From: a virus
Taxonomy: Duplodnaviria > Caudoviricetes
Virus record (IMG/VR): IMGVR_UViG_3300036940_000024
Span: 1-43,341 of that record
Reading direction: 5' to 3' (one strand)
DNA length: 43,341 nt
Part shown: positions 17,488-27,059 of the stretch, piece by piece
Layout of the letters: every line of letters begins with the position of its first letter
Position numbering within the stretch: position 1 is the stretch's first letter
Program-made: the position numbers and the translations under genes
The notes under the pieces: model-generated
Seen by the model: the letters and a program-made list of their open reading frames with translations, nothing else
Told to the model about the DNA's origin: nothing
Database searches by the model: none

Positions 17488-18714
17488 ATGATTTCACAAA
17501 GTAATGTAACCCATATGCTAGTAGGAAAAGACACTGATCTTTTGACTGCTGCTGAAACTAGAAATGATTTGGCTGTAGGTCAAATTGGTGTATTTCTCGT
17601 GGGTTCTAAAACTGCAAAAACTGATGCTCTTTCAGCAGGTGATCGCTTTACAGTAGCCTATAAAAATTCTAAAGGTGTTGTAGTTGAAACTCCTGTAATT
17701 GAGTATGACTATATTAAGGATAAGAGTGCAGTTACTTATACAGCTCCTACCCAAAGGTCTAGAGCTATTGGTTATAATGGAACTTCTGGTTCTATTGATG
17801 CTATTAACAATAATGAGTATGTAACTCATATTTTCTGGCGGGATAATAGTAAAACTTTTGGTAGAGGTATTCCTGTAAAATTTGCAGCTTACTATAGTTC
17901 AGACTCTGCTACTCAAATTGAAATTGCAGACGGATTAGCTGTTAACTTTAATAAGAACTTTGCTCGTGAAAATCCGCCTATTATTAAGGCAGAAATTCTG
18001 CTTAGTGATGCTGGTGCAGCTGTTACTGGTACTGGTAATCTTAAAGTTGTAAATGGTAGTAAATATGTACAAGCTATTTCTCCAGATGGTGGTACTACTC
18101 CTCCCAATGCTGGTGCTGTACTTTCTGTAGGTGGTTATTTAAGATTTGGAACAGCTACTACTGATCCTGTTTATAAAGTAACAGCTATTGACACTGTCAA
18201 TGAAATTATTACTCTTAATATGCCTTATCAAGGGGATAGTGAAGTAGTTGCTGAAGCAAGTGCTGGGTATATTGCCTCTGTTGCTGCTGCTAGTGCTGCC
18301 GCAGGTGTTAAGCTGACTGCACTGCCGTTGACTGATGATTTCCAAGCTGGGGTTATCCGTTATGATGTAACTGAGTTTACTATTGAACTTAAAGATGAGT
18401 TTGGTAGCACTACTCTGTCAGAGTTGGCTGCTCCTTCTGTTGGAGCTGGTACATATTGGGAAGTTGCCCAAAATGAGTGGTTCCTGAAAGGTAATCGTGG
18501 AGAGCCCTTTAGAGTTGCAGATTATCCTGTAGAAAATGTACTTGAAGCCACTTCTGGTAAAGTATATGACCAAGTAACATTCTCTTACGTAGATAAGAAT
18601 GCACGTAGTATTGACAGTCTGGTATCATCCTTTGGTAATGTAATGATTGCTACAGAAGATGAGTCGGTTTCTACTGTACATACTGATCTTAAAACTGTAT
18701 TAGGTATTGCCTAA
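17488..18714 (+). CDS. virion structural protein (auxiliary capsid/decoration)
   Basis: A/T/G-rich composition, synteny, followed by a terminator. Confidence 0.65.
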   Translation: MISQSNVTHMLVGKDTDLLTAAETRNDLAVGQIGVFLVGSKTAKTDALSAGDRFTVAYKNSKGVVVETPVIEYDYIKDKSAVTYTAPTQRSRAIGYNGTSGSIDAINNNEYVTHIFWRDNSKTFGRGIPVKFAAYYSSDSATQIEIADGLAVNFNKNFARENPPIIKAEILLSDAGAAVTGTGNLKVVNGSKYVQAISPDGGTTPPNAGAVLSVGGYLRFGTATTDPVYKVTAIDTVNEIITLNMPYQGDSEVVAEASAGYIASVAAASAAAGVKLTALPLTDDFQAGVIRYDVTEFTIELKDEFGSTTLSELAAPSVGAGTYWEVAQNEWFLKGNRGEPFRVADYPVENVLEATSGKVYDQVTFSYVDKNARSIDSLVSSFGNVMIATEDESVSTVHTDLKTVLGIA

Positions 18715-18739
18715 TCATAAATAAATTTTAAGTTAAATT

Positions 18740-18763
18740 AGGGGGTTAGTAGCCCCCTTTTTT
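18740..18763 (+). terminator. intrinsic terminator
   Basis: AGGGGGT-TAGTA-GCCCCCT followed by a T run. Confidence 0.85.
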
Positions 18764-18779
18764 AATGAAAAATAATGTA

Positions 18780-18835
18780 AGGTCTATTACCTATTGATTA
18801 AAATTTGATATATTAATATATATTATATATTTTTA
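18780..18835 (+). promoter_or_regulatory. three-part late promoter, copy 3 (fibre module)
   Basis: AGGTCTAT-N16-TTTG-N20-TATTTTTA. Confidence 0.6.
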
Positions 18836-18853
18836 GCTGTTAAATAGTACACA

Positions 18854-20614
18854 ATGTCAAAATTACAAGGATTTATAAAACCCATTCAGTCTACTACATT
18901 ACGTATATGGAGAAGAGAGCGTGATGAGATTGAGTTAGCTTGGGATGGTCAGGATATATTATTATACCAAAATGGTAAATTTCTCCGTAAGATAACTGAT
19001 ACTCCGTCAGTATCTGTAGAAGTATGGGACCCTACTAAAGCATATTTAGCTGGGGATAATTTTGTAAGTTATAAATCTCCTGATTACGACATACTGCCAG
19101 AAAGTGATCCTCTGTCTGAAGAATATATTTATAGATGTACAGAGAATACAAATGCAGGGGAGTCTCCTGAATCACATCCTGATAAATGGCAAAGGCAGGG
19201 TAAAGTAGGTACAATAGGAGATAATACTATATTTCTATCAGATGTTAGTGGGCTAGAAGACGCCCTTAATGAACGTATTAAATATACTGATTTATCTGAT
19301 GAATTTACTGTAAATCCTGATAATAACCAAGTATCTTTAAATATAGATTATATTACATTGACAGACTTTAGTGGTAAAGATTATATTCAACCAGATCCTT
19401 TACCAGCAGCTAATATAAGGTTATCTTCTACTTCTGTGAATATTGCAGAAGGAGGCTCTACTATTGTTACTGTAGTGCTTGATAGGGAACCTACTGATGA
19501 TGTAGTATTATCTATTACATCTCAAGATACTAATATAGCTACAGTGGTACAGTATGCTCTTACTTTTACTACTGCTAACTATGATATCCCCCAAAATATT
19601 CAAATAAATGGCGTTTCAGACGCTAATTCTGTTACAGATAGTACAACTATTACTGTAACTGTAAGCAGCTCAAATGACTCTAATTATAATAATCTAACTT
19701 CAAAATATATTTCAGTTGATGTAGCTGATTTAGATAATGCTGATTACATACTTTCTAAATCTAATATGTCTATTACAGAAGGTACTTCTGATACTTTTAA
19801 TGTGAGGTTGGCTACAGAATCGACTAGTAATGTTAATATATCAGTAAGTTCTTCTGATACTAATGTAGCTACAGTAAGCAGTAACTCCTTAACTTTCACA
19901 CCCTTAAATTATAATACTAATCAAACTGTTACAGTTAACGCTATAGAAGATACAGATATAGGTGATAAGAATACTAGTATTACTTTAAATGTATCCTCTA
20001 CTAATCCTTCTTATGGTAATTTACCTAATAAATCAGTAGCGATTACTTCTATAGATAATGATTTACAAGCTAATGAAGTTAAAATAGGTGATACTATTTG
20101 GAAAACCAGTAATGAAAGTTGGGATGACGGTGGAACTGGGATATACTATCCAAATGGAGATATTAATAATGTTTCAAAATACGGATTATTATATAACTGG
20201 GACGCTGTTCAAAGACTTTTATTAGCTAATCCTGGCTATAGAATTCCAACTTATATTGATTTAGAGGATTTAGCTGATCAATTAACAGTTGTATTATATT
20301 CTACAAGTATGGTCTATGATGCTTCTTCAATAACTTCTAATAGTTCTGACATATTTGGAATTTCTAATCCTCAATGGGATAATATTTTAAATTTAAGTTT
20401 AGTTCCTGCTGGGGGATACGCAGATCACAACGAAGAATATTATGATTTCAATACTAGAGGTAATGCTTGGTATATAAATAATCAAGGACAGCAAACTACC
20501 TATAAGCACCTGTATTCTTCTACAAATGAGATTCCTACAATAAGGGATCTCAATGTTGAAACTAGTGTATCTTATAATCCAGCATTTAGCGTTAGATTAG
20601 TAAAAGATATTTAA
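18854..20614 (+). CDS. fibre/adhesin: CBM5/12-like repeat, two Calx-beta/Ig-like repeats, C-terminal Fib_succ_major domain
   Basis: EG....V.L...P/S..V...LTFT..NY...Q occurs twice; VKIGDTIW...YGLLYNW...RIPT...LVPAGG...SVRLVKD. Confidence 0.8.
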   Translation: MSKLQGFIKPIQSTTLRIWRRERDEIELAWDGQDILLYQNGKFLRKITDTPSVSVEVWDPTKAYLAGDNFVSYKSPDYDILPESDPLSEEYIYRCTENTNAGESPESHPDKWQRQGKVGTIGDNTIFLSDVSGLEDALNERIKYTDLSDEFTVNPDNNQVSLNIDYITLTDFSGKDYIQPDPLPAANIRLSSTSVNIAEGGSTIVTVVLDREPTDDVVLSITSQDTNIATVVQYALTFTTANYDIPQNIQINGVSDANSVTDSTTITVTVSSSNDSNYNNLTSKYISVDVADLDNADYILSKSNMSITEGTSDTFNVRLATESTSNVNISVSSSDTNVATVSSNSLTFTPLNYNTNQTVTVNAIEDTDIGDKNTSITLNVSSTNPSYGNLPNKSVAITSIDNDLQANEVKIGDTIWKTSNESWDDGGTGIYYPNGDINNVSKYGLLYNWDAVQRLLLANPGYRIPTYIDLEDLADQLTVVLYSTSMVYDASSITSNSSDIFGISNPQWDNILNLSLVPAGGYADHNEEYYDFNTRGNAWYINNQGQQTTYKHLYSSTNEIPTIRDLNVETSVSYNPAFSVRLVKDI

Positions 20615-21338
20615 TAATATGGCAAAATATACAGCACCAATACAACCTCTTATATTGACAGAAGCTGGGGCTAAACCTACAATTCCAAACCCAGCCACAA
20701 TAATGCCCACGGATGGTAGATTCAATAAAGAATCTGATATAATGATAGGGCAGCTTGCTTATAATGTACCTGACGATATTTGGTATTATAGATCATATTC
20801 TGCTATAAAGGCACTTACTCAAAGTACTGTATTAGAAGTAGAAGATGTAGAAGTATGGCGTTCAGATAAGATATACCAAGCTGGTAATACCTTCGTTAGC
20901 TATGTTAATACAGAGTCTATCAATTCTCAATTCCAGACCCCTGCTATATATAGGTGTATAACAACTACATCAGCCGGGGAATCCCCTGAATCAGCACAAG
21001 CTAAATGGGAATTACAAGGAACTACTGTGGATAATTCCCAGATAAGTTTCTTAGATCTTATCGATACTCCTACAGACTATACAGGATTGTCTGGTAAATT
21101 TGTAGCAATAAATGACGAAGAGGACGGTCTCAAATTTGTAGATCCACCCGAATCAGAAACTATTACTTTAGATACTGTAGAAGTATACGATGACACTAAA
21201 GCTTACACAGCTGGAAATACGTTCGTATCATATGTAAATGCAGTTTCTACTGACCCACAATTCCAAGAAGAAGCTATTTATCGTTGTGATGTAGATACAT
21301 TAGCAGGTGAAAGTCCTGAATCACATCCTTCTAAATGG
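19016..21338 (+). repeat. three copies of a ~55-aa module (19016-19189, 20847-21008, 21177-21338)
   Basis: VEV[WY]...K.Y.AG..FVSY...IYRC...T.AGESPES...KW; exact 16-bp repeat TCCTGAATCACATCCT at 19165 and 21314. Confidence 0.85.
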
Positions 21339-22805
21339 GTATACCAAGGCACTTCTGTCGAAGTATCAAGCGGTAATACTTCTAATACTACAGTAGTAGA
21401 TTTAAATACTCTTAAAGCACTTACAGATTATAAAAACACTGATAGTTTATTTGTAGTATCCGAAAAAGCATGGTATAAATTTGATTCTAATGATGATTCA
21501 GGTATTAAAGCTAATGATTATGATGTTACAGATAATCCTGGTAGTTGGAAATTAGTTACGACTTTATCAGATTTAGAAACAGATCCGGTGTTTACAAATT
21601 CTCCTGCAAATAATGTTATTGATTCAGGTAATGGTGAAAAATACCTTTCAGATGATGGTACATATAAATCAAAGGAAGAGGGAGATTTTGGTTATTGGGA
21701 ACCCGAATTAATCACATCAGCCACAACCGAACATCCGCGATGGGATGATTCAGGTGACCCGAATATTTACGGAACTGATAAGTTTGGATTCGGGGCGTTG
21801 CCTGCTGGATATAGAGATCAGACAGGATCATATTTAGAATTAGGTCAAGTTTTTTCAGGTTGGTTAAATACAGAATCAACATCAACCCCAGACAGGGCCA
21901 AAAATATAGGAATTTATTACAACTTCTCTAATCTTAACAATTATGAATCGAATAAGAAATATGGTCAACCCGTCCGTCTCGTCCGCCCCTACGCCCCCGC
22001 TGACGGTGACAAAATAGACGGTCGCATATTATCCGAAACATTCACAGATGGAGACGGTAATTTGTATGACGGGGTGATAATAGGCGATCAGGTATGGTCA
22101 ACTACGAATCTAAAGACTACGACTTATGCAGATGGAACACCAATACCGACTGGATATAGCGATGTTGATTGGTCAAATCTAACCACAGGGGCATACGCTG
22201 TTTATGATTACACTTTAGTTTCTGGTATTGATTCCGAGGCTGAAATGATAGCCGCATACGGTTTGTTATATAATTGGTATGCGGTCGATAATGCGGCAGG
22301 ATTGAGCAGCGATGGAACCGTTCCGACCGATGCAGAATTTACGCAATTAACAGATTACATTATCGCAAATTACCCGGATATTGACGCGACCAATATAGGT
22401 GACGCGTTGAAGTCTATCAGACAGGTTAACAGTCCTTATCTTGCGGAATCGGATAAATATATTAAGCCTAAAGTTGATGAGTTGACTGGGGAGAAACGAT
22501 ATGTTAAGACTGAAAATTTAGAGGTTGTAATAAAAGAAAAAACTGCCGACTTTGATTTAGTACCCGGAGACGAAGAAACTTATATACGCTATACAGGAGC
22601 AACCGATATAACCGTAACAGTTTCAAACACCTTAAAAATAGGTCAGCCAATCACAATTTGGCAAGCCGGAGCTGGAATTATTACACTTGTAGCCGACACA
22701 GGAGTAATTTTAAACGGTAATGTAATAACATCAGGACAAAATAACGGAATACAAGTTATGAAAGTAGCTGATAACGTATTTGATGTGATAGGAGGTGTAG
22801 CATGA
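20619..22805 (+). CDS. fibre/adhesin with two CBM-like repeats and a permuted Fib_succ_major domain
   Basis: Repeats shared with the upstream gene; FGFGALPAGYR...VRLVR precedes TDGDGNLY..IIGDQVW...YGLLYNW; C-terminal fibre module ITIWQAGAG...VIGG. Confidence 0.8.
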   Translation: MAKYTAPIQPLILTEAGAKPTIPNPATIMPTDGRFNKESDIMIGQLAYNVPDDIWYYRSYSAIKALTQSTVLEVEDVEVWRSDKIYQAGNTFVSYVNTESINSQFQTPAIYRCITTTSAGESPESAQAKWELQGTTVDNSQISFLDLIDTPTDYTGLSGKFVAINDEEDGLKFVDPPESETITLDTVEVYDDTKAYTAGNTFVSYVNAVSTDPQFQEEAIYRCDVDTLAGESPESHPSKWVYQGTSVEVSSGNTSNTTVVDLNTLKALTDYKNTDSLFVVSEKAWYKFDSNDDSGIKANDYDVTDNPGSWKLVTTLSDLETDPVFTNSPANNVIDSGNGEKYLSDDGTYKSKEEGDFGYWEPELITSATTEHPRWDDSGDPNIYGTDKFGFGALPAGYRDQTGSYLELGQVFSGWLNTESTSTPDRAKNIGIYYNFSNLNNYESNKKYGQPVRLVRPYAPADGDKIDGRILSETFTDGDGNLYDGVIIGDQVWSTTNLKTTTYADGTPIPTGYSDVDWSNLTTGAYAVYDYTLVSGIDSEAEMIAAYGLLYNWYAVDNAAGLSSDGTVPTDAEFTQLTDYIIANYPDIDATNIGDALKSIRQVNSPYLAESDKYIKPKVDELTGEKRYVKTENLEVVIKEKTADFDLVPGDEETYIRYTGATDITVTVSNTLKIGQPITIWQAGAGIITLVADTGVILNGNVITSGQNNGIQVMKVADNVFDVIGGVA

Positions 22806-23473
22806 GTCATTTATTAACGGCTGGGGTGTTGCAACAGGCGAGGAATCAACAAAAGCAAGAATTTGCTCTTAAACTTGACGGCATAGATGACTTCGTTGAG
22901 ATAAATGTTCCTTTAAATTCACTAAATATAAACGGGGGCACTCAGGTTTCAGTTTTTTGCTGGGCTAAAAGCACAAAAATAAATTCCTATCAAACACTTT
23001 TTAATTTTGGAGATGCTTCCGACTCAGCTGGGGTAATGTTGCGAAAATCAAATCTAAACAAATATGTCGCATATTTAAATCTTGATGGCGATTCCGATAA
23101 CAATTTTATTCAAGACGAGGATTTCAGTTTGGAGTATGTGCATTTTGGTTTCATATACGATGGATCAATCTGGAAAGTTTATGAAAATGGAATTAATATT
23201 AGCCAGCGTGCTAGGATGGCGACAATCATAGGAAACAAAGAAAAAATAACCTTTGGCAATTGGCTGGCAGCGAGTCAATGGTTTGAGGGGCAAATGTACG
23301 ATGTTAGATTGTATTCTAAGGCATTAAGTGAATCAGAAATAAATAATGTGATGAATGGAATAAATATAACAGACAGCCTTGAGGGTCATTGGAAATTAGA
23401 TGGAGATGCTAATGATTATTCAGGGAATGGGAATCACGGGACGGTCAATGGCGCTACATTCGTAACTTTATAA
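22802..23473 (+). CDS. LamG/concanavalin A-like lectin domain protein
   Basis: ALKLDGIDDFV, YDG...YENG, FEGQMYDVRLYSKALS, WKLDGDANDYSGNGNHG. Confidence 0.85.
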   Translation: MSHLLTAGVLQQARNQQKQEFALKLDGIDDFVEINVPLNSLNINGGTQVSVFCWAKSTKINSYQTLFNFGDASDSAGVMLRKSNLNKYVAYLNLDGDSDNNFIQDEDFSLEYVHFGFIYDGSIWKVYENGINISQRARMATIIGNKEKITFGNWLAASQWFEGQMYDVRLYSKALSESEINNVMNGINITDSLEGHWKLDGDANDYSGNGNHGTVNGATFVTL

Positions 23474-23483
23474 AACAAAACAA

Positions 23484-23954
23484 ATGACAATCCTATACAA
23501 CACACAAGAGAACAAATTAGGGCAACGATTCGACCCTCAATATTTAGTTGATGGAAAGCCTGGGAAACTGCCTGATCACATTTTAGAACTTGCAATAGTC
23601 GATAATCCCCGACCTAAAATAACCGAAACGCAAACGGCATCGCAAGAATGGGTAATTGACACAGAACAACTCGAATATAGGCAGGAATGGGCAGTTATAG
23701 AATTGACTAAACAAGAGCTTGCACCTGATGTAATAACTAAGGCGCAAGGACTGTTAATGCTTAAACAATTAGGTTTATATGAGCATTTTCAGTTAGGGAT
23801 GCAATCGGCAACCGAGGAAGAGCAAATAGTTTTTGAAGCTACAAAAGAGTGGAATATCAACAACGAGCTAATCAAAAAAATGCAGGCAAATTTCGGCATG
23901 ACTGATGAGGGAAAATATGATTTCTTTATCAATGCCTCAAAGATTGTGATATGA
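23484..23954 (+). CDS. hypothetical fibre-associated protein (possible chaperone)
   Basis: Position after the fibre genes; ITKAQG...EW...D.FFI.A pattern. Confidence 0.6.
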   Translation: MTILYNTQENKLGQRFDPQYLVDGKPGKLPDHILELAIVDNPRPKITETQTASQEWVIDTEQLEYRQEWAVIELTKQELAPDVITKAQGLLMLKQLGLYEHFQLGMQSATEEEQIVFEATKEWNINNELIKKMQANFGMTDEGKYDFFINASKIVI

Positions 23955-24259
23955 TACTAAATCAAGAGTACAACCAAGACGAAAGCCTATTAAAAGGGTA
24001 TTACATTTATCGGGAATACCTGACAATAACAGCTGGAGAAATTACAATTCCCGAAGGGTATAAATGGAATGGTTGCACATTAGCACCTGACTTTAAGAAG
24101 ACATATTATGCAAGCTTGGTTCATGATGCTTTGTATCAATACAAATGCGGTCGGAAATTAGCCGATAAGGTGTTTTACAAAATGCTAAAGGAAGAGGGGT
24201 TTAAACTTGCTTGGATTTATTACGCCGGAACCCGATTATTTGGATGGATGTTTTATTGA
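23951..24259 (+). CDS. DUF1353-like protein
   Basis: IPEGYKWNGCT...ASLVHDALYQ...ADKVF..ML...Y...R.FG. Confidence 0.75.
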   Translation: MILNQEYNQDESLLKGYYIYREYLTITAGEITIPEGYKWNGCTLAPDFKKTYYASLVHDALYQYKCGRKLADKVFYKMLKEEGFKLAWIYYAGTRLFGWMFY

Positions 24260-24294
24260 CAAGGGCCAAATTGTCAAACTTGAAAATAAATGAC

Positions 24295-24696
24295 ATGATA
24301 ACATTTTTCATAATTAAACTACTTCTAATTACAGCCATATTTTCAAAGGCATGGTTAGATGTAAAAGGGAATAAGAGCCAGTTAGATCATATTGTAACAG
24401 GACTATATGAAGCAAGTTTAATACTCGCATCAGTTATTATGCACTACTTTTATTACGCTTCTCCTATAATTGCAGAAGGTTATATGATTATCCCTGCTTA
24501 TATATTGCTTAGATACGCATTCTTTGACTACTTTTGGAATAGACTTGCAGGCGTAGGTAAATACCATCTTGATTCTGATGATAATACATGGTTAGATAGA
24601 CCTAAGATTTGGATGAGAAAGATTGAGCGAGATAAACGAATCCCGATACTTTCAGCGAGTAGGTTTGTGGCAGGAGTATTGGGTGTGATAATGTAA
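24295..24696 (+). CDS. multi-pass membrane protein
   Basis: Several hydrophobic segments; ATG 24295 preferred over TTG 24211. Confidence 0.6.
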   Translation: MITFFIIKLLLITAIFSKAWLDVKGNKSQLDHIVTGLYEASLILASVIMHYFYYASPIIAEGYMIIPAYILLRYAFFDYFWNRLAGVGKYHLDSDDNTWLDRPKIWMRKIERDKRIPILSASRFVAGVLGVIM

Positions 24697-24723
24697 GTAT
24701 AATATATAAATTTTGAATGTAGT

Positions 24724-25011
24724 ATGAATGAGCTAATAAAAACTTTCCCTGAATTTTTTGCATGGTTGATCCCATTATTATTTACAGGGGGCTTAGGTCT
24801 ATTAATTTATTTTGTAAAGGAGAATATTGCTGTACTTAAAAAACTTAATGTAACGGTTAATGGCATATTAATAAGGTTTGCAGCACACGAAGAGAGTAAT
24901 ATTAATTTACGAGATAATGTAGAAAAATTAGAGGGGCGGGTGGATAGGCACGATGAGGCAATTGAAGATCTTAAACTAGACGTACATGGTCTAAAAAATA
25001 AACACAATTAG
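24724..25011 (+). CDS. single-TM coiled-coil protein (holin-associated candidate)
   Basis: N-terminal TM followed by a heptad coiled coil. Confidence 0.55.
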   Translation: MNELIKTFPEFFAWLIPLLFTGGLGLLIYFVKENIAVLKKLNVTVNGILIRFAAHEESNINLRDNVEKLEGRVDRHDEAIEDLKLDVHGLKNKHN

Positions 25012-25012
25012 T

Positions 25013-25540
25013 ATGATAAGTCATAATGTAAAGGAAGGGACACTTGGTAATTCAGTAATAGTATATGATACTACTACTTTACAAGAGTATAGTGATCTAG
25101 GTATAGATATTAATACAGATATTATATCTATTACTTTTACCATTACTGTAGGGGGTGTAGATTATTCTGAAGATATTACATCTAATTTAGTTTCATTGCG
25201 GGACGGTAATGGATTGAAGTTAGAATCTTCTACACTGGTGGGTACGCAAATCTTAGACGGTGTTTACGAAACTTCTTTAGAAGTAGTAGAAAATTCTACT
25301 GGTTCAGAGGTAACACATACATCAGAACTAACTGTCGTATTTTATGAAATAATTAAATATAAGGTCATATCTGCTTTAAAAGACACTGACTGGAAAGAAT
25401 ACTTCGGTTGCTATACAAACAAGCTTAAAACGCCTCTCAGGTGCTATAATTGGCTATTGAACTTAGAATATACATCTGAGTTAGGTTTGTATGAAGATTC
25501 TGAAAGAATATTAACATCATTAGAAACAATATGTCAATAA
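25013..25540 (+). CDS. structural protein (tail hub candidate)
   Basis: Ig-like N-terminus plus helical C-terminus ending in IC; synteny. Confidence 0.5.
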   Translation: MISHNVKEGTLGNSVIVYDTTTLQEYSDLGIDINTDIISITFTITVGGVDYSEDITSNLVSLRDGNGLKLESSTLVGTQILDGVYETSLEVVENSTGSEVTHTSELTVVFYEIIKYKVISALKDTDWKEYFGCYTNKLKTPLRCYNWLLNLEYTSELGLYEDSERILTSLETICQ

Positions 25541-25836
25541 CTAAAGAATCATTAGAAGTAATTGTAGACAAGTTAAAGAAACATTCTGCATTAGATACTT
25601 CTGTAGAAATAACTTTTTTGGAGGCTTATAATCTATCAGAAGCTTATGATAGCTTTTGGTCTAGACAATACTTAGCACTTTATATCTATCAATTATCTAA
25701 TATATTAGATCTATATGAAGCTAATAGTCTATCTGAAAATAACTATTTTACAGAGGAAGATGTGCTAAATATTTTTAATAAGTCTAAAGAATTATTGTTT
25801 TACTTAACTAAGACACCTTATGAACTTTTATCTTAG
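25531..25836 (+). CDS. hypothetical protein (second tail hub candidate)
   Basis: Overlaps the previous gene; synteny. Confidence 0.5.
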   Translation: MSITKESLEVIVDKLKKHSALDTSVEITFLEAYNLSEAYDSFWSRQYLALYIYQLSNILDLYEANSLSENNYFTEEDVLNIFNKSKELLFYLTKTPYELLS

Positions 25837-26008
25837 ATTAACAGGTAGTAAGATAGCAGCTTATTTTGTAATACTATGTAGTGCAATATATGGATTTGTA
25901 TATAAAGATGGTACTACAATGATGGCTGGATTTACATTAGGTATAGGTATTTTAGCTAATAAACAATATCAGGATCGTAAGGAGTTTGAAAGAACCAATA
26001 ATAAATAA
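25820..26008 (+). CDS. small 2-TM protein (holin candidate)
   Basis: Two hydrophobic helices and a charged C-terminus. Confidence 0.5.
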   Translation: MNFYLRLTGSKIAAYFVILCSAIYGFVYKDGTTMMAGFTLGIGILANKQYQDRKEFERTNNK

Positions 26009-26014
26009 TTAAAT

Positions 26015-26350
26015 ATGAATAAGATGGCAGAAGCAATTATAGCAATATTACTTTTATTTGGGGGTGCTTATGGTGGCTCACAGTATCAGAAAGACAAGTG
26101 TAATGAAGAGTTACAAGAGGTAATGGAAGTTAATAACAATAGGCTGGATAGTGTAAAAGTCAGTTTATATGCGGCTAACAGCAAACTAGACAGCCTCAAA
26201 TCTCTACCAGCTAAAGTAGATACTATAGTTATTAGGCAGAAAGAGATTGTGGAAAAGACTGATACTCTAATACTGTTAAATAAGGATATATTAATGAATA
26301 CTGATACTATAAAAACTGAGTTGCGTAAACATTTTACTGTCCAAGAATAG
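26015..26350 (+). CDS. membrane-anchored coiled-coil protein (spanin-like candidate)
   Basis: N-terminal TM/signal followed by a coiled coil. Confidence 0.45.
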   Translation: MNKMAEAIIAILLLFGGAYGGSQYQKDKCNEELQEVMEVNNNRLDSVKVSLYAANSKLDSLKSLPAKVDTIVIRQKEIVEKTDTLILLNKDILMNTDTIKTELRKHFTVQE

Positions 26351-26367
26351 TTAAGAATTAATAAATA

Positions 26368-26398
26368 TTTGTAATATTCAAGAAATTATTGTATATTG
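26368..26398 (+). promoter_or_regulatory. possible promoter of the tail module
   Basis: TTTG (26368) then GTATATTG after 19 nt; degenerate upstream box AAGAATAG at 26343. Confidence 0.4.
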
Positions 26399-26414
26399 CG
26401 CTAAATTTATATAA

Positions 26415-27053
26415 ATGACATTACAAGAAATTACATATTCAGCATTAGAATTACTTAGGCAAGGACATATAGTAGATGATGAAAGACTTGATTCTAGACT
26501 ATTAGAAGACTTTGTAGTAACTAAGAGGGCTGAATATCTTAGGTCTGTAATAGATCGTAATTGGGGAGTATCCGAGAATTCTAAACAATTCTTAAGTCTA
26601 CCTGTAGAATCTTATAATGATGGTAGTTCTACCGTACTAAGGTCTACAGAAAAGGTCCCTAGTTTTCTTAATACTAAAGAAGGTCTCCAGATTACAGATA
26701 TTACTGGTACAGATACTGCATCCTATATATTCTCATATGTGAATTATAATCACTTTAAATTAGCAGGTAATGGTAAGTTTAATGGTAATATAGTATTTGT
26801 CACATATAAAGATGGGTATTTGCTATTTAAGAGCCGAAATAATGCTTTTAAATTAATTAATAGTATAAATGTATCAGGTATATTAGAAGACCCCAGGAAA
26901 GCCCCTAATTTTGATAATGAGGTAGATAATTTTCCAGTGGATTATGACGGTATAGAATATATTAAAAAGGCTATTGTGGGTGAAGATTTTAGAATGTTCT
27001 TGAGGGGAATAGAGGATGAAGTATCAGATTCTAGTGGAGAAATAATTAAATAA
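26415..27053 (+). CDS. tail ring protein
   Basis: MTLQEI.Y...KRA....LRS..KVP...GILEDP...FP...D...D pattern; synteny. Confidence 0.7.
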   Translation: MTLQEITYSALELLRQGHIVDDERLDSRLLEDFVVTKRAEYLRSVIDRNWGVSENSKQFLSLPVESYNDGSSTVLRSTEKVPSFLNTKEGLQITDITGTDTASYIFSYVNYNHFKLAGNGKFNGNIVFVTYKDGYLLFKSRNNAFKLINSINVSGILEDPRKAPNFDNEVDNFPVDYDGIEYIKKAIVGEDFRMFLRGIEDEVSDSSGEIIK

Positions 27054-27059
27054 TATTTT

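Noticed and set aside
18854-22805. Complete diversity-generating retroelement or invertible shufflon
   Set aside because: No reverse transcriptase, template repeat, recombinase or inverted repeats were seen in the window.
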